Assembly (NCBI RefSeq): GCF_009914755.1 | Contig: NC_060926.1 | Length of the DNA stretch: 64,000 bases | Reading direction: 5' to 3' (one strand) | From: the human T2T-CHM13v2.0 reference genome, Homo sapiens | Part shown: positions 57,723 to 64,000 of the stretch, piece after piece | Layout: every line of letters begins with the position of its first letter | Numbering within the stretch: position 1 is the first letter of the stretch | Program-made: the position numbers and the translations under genes | The notes under the pieces: generated by a model | Databases searched by the model: none | What the model saw: the letters and a program-made list of their open reading frames with translations, nothing else | What the model was told of the DNA's origin: nothing

Positions 57723-58099
57723 TGTGTTAGTCCATTCTCATATTGCTATAAACAACTATCTAAGACTGGATAATTTATTTTAAAAAAAGATTTTATTGGT
57801 TCACAATTCCATAGGCTATACAGGAAGCGTAACTAGGGAGGCCTCAGGAAACTTACAATCATGGCAGAAGGCAAAGAATAAGCTGGGACATCTTCACATG
57901 GTCAGAGCAGGACAGAGAGAAGAAGGAGGTGCTACACACTTTTAAACAACCAGATCTTGGGAGAATGAACTCACTACACAAGAACAGCAAGGGAGAAATT
58001 CGCCCCCATGATCCAATCACCTCCCACCATGTCCCTCCTCTAACACTGGGGATTATTCAACATACGATTTGGGTGGGGACACAAATCCAAACCATGTCA
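57723..58099 (-). mobile_element. MSTA-like MaLR LTR
   Basis: TGTGTTAGTCCATTCTCATATTGCTATAAA...GGAAACTTACAATCATGGCAGAAGG...GGGGACACAAATCCAAACCATGTCA. Confidence 0.9.
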
Positions 58100-58235
58100 G
58101 ACCCAGAGGAGGATGAGGTGCTATTTATTTGGAGGAGGGCAGTATAAGGAGTGTGGTTATATTCCAAGTAAAAAGCTAAGCAACAGACAATAAAAACCTG
58201 AACTAGACTATACTATACCATACTATACTATATAC

Positions 58236-58690
58236 TGTTATTAAACAAGGTTTATGGGAGGCCATTGTTTTGGATTAGCCCCTTTCACTAGGCCCCAGCA
58301 GACCAGACCAAACCAGAATGGAGTCACTCATGTTAAGTGCCACATAATCAATGTTCAGGTGCCACTGAACTCTAAAATGTGAGAGTTTTCCAAAAAAACA
58401 GGAAATTCACAGCAACCCATCAAAAGGGGTTCAATTTACCTGAGCCTGCATGATAAAGAAGTTCTCTCTGCTTTAACTCTATGAGAAAAGCAATTTGAAA
58501 CCATCAATTCAAGTTTTGTTCTGTTTCTGCTTTCTCCAGCCCTTTTCTGCCTATAAAGCCAACTCTTTCTACTCAGCTTCTTGGAACATTTATTCTATTT
58601 TATAGAATGAGGTGTTGCCCTATGCTAGAATCACAAATAAAAGCCCACTAGACCTTTAAACTAGATTTGTTGTAAATTTCACTCTTGACA
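58236..58690 (+). mobile_element. ERV1 solo LTR (LTR54/MER57-group-like)
   Basis: TG...CA ends, exact 4-bp TSD ATAC (58232-35, 58691-94), CTATAAA and AATAAA in LTR order. Confidence 0.8.
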
Positions 58691-58699
58691 ATACACTAT

Positions 58700-59400
58700 A
58701 CTAGAATAAAGATAAAGGGGCTGGCCAACTTTAAGAGATGTGGTGGTAGAATAAACAAGGGTTTGGCATGCATTAATTAGGGTGGACAGTTGATAAGAGC
58801 GAGTCAGAGGCTGTTCCAAGGGTCAAGTATCAGCAAGTTGAGGAATGATGGGGTCATGAATCAACTGGGAAGTCAGAAAGAAACAAACTTGTTTGTGGAA
58901 GAATGTGACCGGCTTGTTTTTGGTCATGTTGAGTTTGAGGCATTAGTGGAATATCCTGGTAGGAACATCTTGGATCTCTGAGACAAGTGTCCTCAAACTC
59001 CCGAATTATTGCCATACCTGTTACCTGCTTTTCCACCTTTCCCTCTTTTTTGATCAATCCAGCAGTTGGAAACTATATTCAAAGGAAAGGATGAATTCTG
59101 GAGATACTGAAATGTCATCAGCAAAAAGACATGGTTGAGGGTTATGATTAAATGTCCAGAGAGAAGGTAAATATGGAATCTTGGACGAGGTGTGCATTTA
59201 AGGTTCTAGAATAGAACCTTAATTCTTTCTAGAATAGAAAGAACCACCTAGCAAAAGAAGAAAAAGAACTGTCTCTTTCCAGGAAAACAATACACCAACC
59301 AGCCATCAGTGTAAGTATTTCAGGCTCATCAGCAATATGAATGTCACTAATGCATTGCTCTACATAAAAAAGAGTGGAGAGTAAGTTAGGGAAGGCAAAG
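58700..59400 (-). mobile_element. L2 fragments
   Basis: TTTTGGTCATGTTGAGTTTGAGG...CAGTTGGA...GTCATCAGCA. Confidence 0.55.
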
Positions 59401-59402
59401 GA

Positions 59403-59680
<278 letters not shown>

Positions 59681-59707
59681 GGTATCTGTCAAGCCACCTT
59701 TGATTGA

Positions 59708-60026
<319 letters not shown>

Positions 60027-60779
60027 TTTTTTTTTTTTTTTTTTTTAGTAAAAGGAATTCCATCAGTTCATTTGGAGTCTGATCAATGCTGGGCGAACAG
60101 ATTAAATTCTCTTTAGAGTAGCAAATCTTAGGACTATAAGCTGAAGTAGAACTAGAAAGTCCAGCCATACCTAAGTCCAAGCTAGCCACTCTGGTCCTTT
60201 TCTCTGTTGTATTCCATTAAAGACCCTGATATCTGGGACTAGAGTTCCTGAGCACTCTATACCCATGACCTGGTCTGGAAGCAGCTCTTCTTAGCTGTCC
60301 TATCATGCCACAGTAACTCCGGGTCTCTGAGACAAGTGTCCTGAAACTCTTGAGTTCTCACATGCCCTTTCATCTTTCCCTCTTTTTTGATCAATCCAAC
60401 CAATTCATGGCTTCCTGTTGAATGTTATTTTATAATAATATGGTTTATGTTATTAACACTCTTTAATGTTATTCAAGCCCATCTTCTATCATGTCATTGC
60501 TTAAAAAGCCTCAACAGTTCCTTAGGGTCAAGCCCACTGTGTGTGAGCTTCTTAACTGGGCATTTAGAATCCTCTCCAATATCCTCCACTACCTATGATT
60601 TATATTTTAGCCAAAATGGACCCTTTATAATCTTGAACTTCATTGCATGTCTGCACTTCTATACCAGTGCTGAATCCCAAACTGAAATCTGGTTCATATT
60701 TCATGAAACAGCTGGTTTTTACACCCACATCTTGAAATCTCTTTCTATTCCCTCACCTAGATACAAACTCTTCAAGGGG

Positions 60780-61000
60780 CCAGTAGAGTATAGTGGCTAA
60801 AATCTTGGATTCTAAAACCCAGCTGTCAAGGTTCAAATCCCAGCCACACCATGTGCTGACTGTGAGATCATATACAAGTCTCTTTTCACTTCACATCTGT
60901 TTCCTTATCTGGAAAATCAAGAATATTAATCAGATATTAAATGAGATAATATACATTTAATCTAGTCCGTGGAACCCTGTAAGCATGCAGCAACTGCGAG
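60780..61000 (+). mobile_element. MIR
   Basis: TAGTGGCTAAAA...GGTTCAAATCCCAGC...ATTAAATGAGATAAT. Confidence 0.7.
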
Positions 61001-61005
61001 CTATT

Positions 61006-61472
61006 ATGGCAGATGCTGTTGCTAGCCCACCCACATCCTCTTGGTATTTGTCTCTACATTCTCAACCTGTTTATAGAAAACATTCGTGACTCTCTGTAGT
61101 CAAGATAGCATGCTCAGCTCTCATACAGGGCAGAGCAGAAGTTTCTGAGATGTAATCAGTCTCCCAAGAAGCGACACTCAGACAATGACCAATGGAGAGT
61201 CAGTGGATGAATACCCCTTGTTAGGAATAACTCTGAACCCTATTCTAGAGTGTGGACAGCATAGAATCTCTTATTGTCTCCCAGACTTCCCCAGCAGGCT
61301 GTAACATCAGTTGCCCGCAATGGTAATTGGCTTGGCAGATACCTTCTGTCAGCTCCTTTGCCTTCCCTAACTTACTCTCCACTCTCTTTTATGTATTTCC
61401 TGGGATCGTTTCCCAAAACTACTTGGATTCTTGTCTCCGGGTTGGCTTCTGGAGGACTCTAAAACCATAACT
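61006..61472 (+). mobile_element. LTR16-family ERVL LTR
   Basis: TGGCAGATGCTGT...CAATGACCAATGG...CCCCAGCAG...TTCCTGGGATC...TGGCTTCTGGAGGAC. Confidence 0.7.
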
Positions 61473-62364
61473 GCTCTTATCACTACAGCTGACTTCTTTG
61501 AAACCATGAAAATACTGCTTTATTTGCATTCGTCTTCTGCTAGTTAGAGTCTACCTTCATAAAACCTAAAATCCAACAAAAAATTAAGACCAAAATACAA
61601 ATATTTCTCACAGTACCTCTCACATAGAAGTTACTCAATCTGTATTTAGAGAGCAAAGAATAATGGGAGATCAAAAGATTACTCTGTGACTATAAAAATA
61701 GAGCGAGGACTATTGATTGGTTACTAAGAATATTTTACAAACTTTTATGGTTTGACACACCCTTTTAATGGTGGTATGTCTACCTAATATATCTGCACCT
61801 TCCCAAAATCCCCTCCCCTCGATGTCAGCATCAGGACTCCCCTCCTCCTCTAGCTAGATTTGAGAGACACTTGCCATTATCTCATCATTATTTTATCATG
61901 TTAGTGTACTTGTGTAACCTTTTATATTTTCTAAATATGAAAAATATTTTACAGAGATTACATTTGACGCAGCTGCTTCCTGAAGACCTAGAGGTCACTT
62001 TAATCTTATAAGCACATTCTTCAGATTGTCGTGTGGGTGGGTAACTTCCGCCAGACTTTTCTGGAGATGGCTAATCCAGCCGTGGGATGTGGTTTCTTCT
62101 AACAGCCAGTCAGGAAAATCTTGCTTCTCAAACTCCTGTCTTGACCCCTTCCTGAACTTTGCCTCCTGGATCTTGAGGTCTGCCTTCTGTGGAAGAGAAA
62201 TACTAGAATCAATGAACTGTGAACTAGAGCCCTGGGATTATCAACAGGTAATGGTGATACTGCAGCAGTTGGCTGCATGAGATTTGTGATTACAGACTTG
62301 AGAGTGGCTGTCACCTTTGGTGCTACCAGAAGTAGCTTTCAAAACTGCCCTTCTGTAACAGAGA

Positions 62365-62635
62365 ATTCTAGAAGGGTGGTCCATGGACCATCTATATTAG
62401 AAGGACTTCTGGCTCTGCTTCGCCTGCGGATTACTGGTCCTGCTCAGGCAAACTGAATCAGAATCACTTGTGAGGATGCTTCAATTTGCATTTGTAGACA
62501 AACTCCTCAGGTGATAAGGTGACCAAATTATCCAAGTTTTAGCATTGAAAGTCCCACATTCAGGAAAGCCTTTAGTCCTGAGACACTTGGTCACCAAGTG
62601 GATATGTCTTATGTACATTGAATTCTTAGAGCTGT
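62365..62635. mobile_element. MER5A/B-like MITE with nested MER81 (about 62515-62597)
   Basis: GTGGTCCATGGACC...ACTGAATCAGAATC...CAGGTGAT, then GGTGACCAA...TTTTAGCATTGAAAGTCCC...TTGGTCACC. Confidence 0.6.
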
Positions 62636-63160
62636 CTTACAGACCCCAAGGTATGCCACACTAACACGGATGCTACTTTTACTCGGTAAGAATCTCTGAG
62701 ACTTTGAGATGACTTTAATCCAGTGTGACATTGGGTGGGGAGCTCCCTCAGACATCGATCTTGATAAGATCCTTCCATGGGAACTTGAGTGTTTGAGAGA
62801 CCCAGAGTATGTGTTTTGTTACTTTACTTTTCCTTTCTTTTGAACCTCATGTGCAAGGAGTTGAACTTGGTCTTGAGTTTATAGTACACAATTTAATTCT
62901 GTATCTACAAGGCCCTTCTCTGGATTTATGTGGTTATTTATTCTCATTTCCCCACCAGCTCTCCATGCCCAGCAGGCAAACATTACAATGTGATTGTTTT
63001 ATACTCTGAATTTGTTTGTATCTTTGTAAAGCATATAACATTGTTCCTGTGTATTTTAATTTAAACAAATTGTATTCTGCTGCAGACTTCACCCTAACTC
63101 TTGCCTTTTTCTGTTAAGTATTGTGTTTAATGCTGCATGGTCCTTTGACCTGTTGTTTCT

Positions 63161-63738
63161 TGTGGTAGGCAGCTCTTAAGGTGGCTCCCAATAATGGTGC
63201 CCTGTTGGTACCCATGTCCCTGTACAATCACCTTACCTTGATTGTGGACTATACTTAGTGACCTGCACTTAGTGAACAGAATGTGGCAAAAAGTGACAGT
63301 ATGTTACTTTTGAGACTAAGTTATAAAAAGCCTTTGTCTTCTTCTCTTGTGCCCTCCCTTGCTCACTCTGGTGGAAGCCAGCTGAAATTTTGAGAGCCAC
63401 CTTATAGAAAGCCTAACAGCAAAGACTGGAGAGAGGCTTCCAGCCAACAGCCAGCAAGGAATTGAAGCCCTCAGTCCAATAGCAGTGAGGAATTGAATCC
63501 TGCCAACAGCCTCGTGGGTGAGCTTGGAAGCAAATCCTATTCTAGTCTAGTAGAGACTTGAGAGGACCCATAGCTCTTGCCAACACTTGATTGCAGCATT
63601 GTAAGAGACCCTGAGCCAAAGGACTCAGCTACACCATGCTGGCTCCTCGCCCATAGAGACCATGATATAATAAATGTTTGTTATTTTAAGATGTTAAACT
63701 TGGAGTAATTTGTTACACAGCAATAGATAACTGATATG
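63161..63738 (+). mobile_element. MLT1F-like MaLR LTR within an old L1ME fragment
   Basis: TGTGGTAGGCAG...GCCAACAGCCAGCAAGGAA...TTTGTTACACAGCAATAGATAACTGATA. Flanks TTTCT/CTTCT. Confidence 0.85.
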
Positions 63739-64000
63739 CTTCTAATCATTGCATGGTGTCCATAGCATATTTTTACCACATTTTACTTGTCCACTTCCTG
63801 CAGATGGGTTGCTTGCTGCCTGAATCTAACTCCTGCTACTACTGCAAATACCACTGCCATGAATATCCTCAGCATGACCCCCTTCCAGACCTGCATGAAC
63901 AGTTGTGTGAAATGTATATGCACAAAGGGACTGCAAGGGAAGACCCAGAGACTAGGGAAGAACTTGGAACAATAATCTCAGTTTCTTCAATTCCTAAACT

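Noticed and set aside
59204-59243. TTCTAGAATAGAA twice, resembling a heat-shock element
   Set aside because: Lacks three alternating nGAAn units and looks like a small duplication within L2.

Overview
Non-coding, repeat-rich human genomic DNA (intergenic or deep intronic). A near-consensus AluYb8 at 37914-38225 points to Homo sapiens. I see no credible protein-coding exon, tRNA, rRNA, CpG island or CRISPR array. The longer ORFs are explained by Alu, L1 ORF2, Tigger1 transposase and (CA)n low-complexity DNA. Much of the window is nested mobile elements: Alu J/S/Y, L1PA/L1MA/L1MC/L1ME, L2, MIR, MaLR and ERV LTRs, a full-length Tigger1, and hAT and mariner MITEs. Subfamily names come from recalled consensus sequences, not a RepeatMasker run, and boundaries of old elements are approximate. 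What the repeats do not explain: two mRNA-like inserts in or beside an old L1 (39351-40543 and a minus-strand retrocopy at about 41364-43700, parents unidentified), an unnamed ~800-bp LTR-like insert with TATA plus Inr splitting an L2 (53202-53997), a dispersed ~80-bp direct repeat, a perfect 51-bp duplication in Tigger1, and a few enhancer-like unique blocks. I found no evidence for a new biological system.
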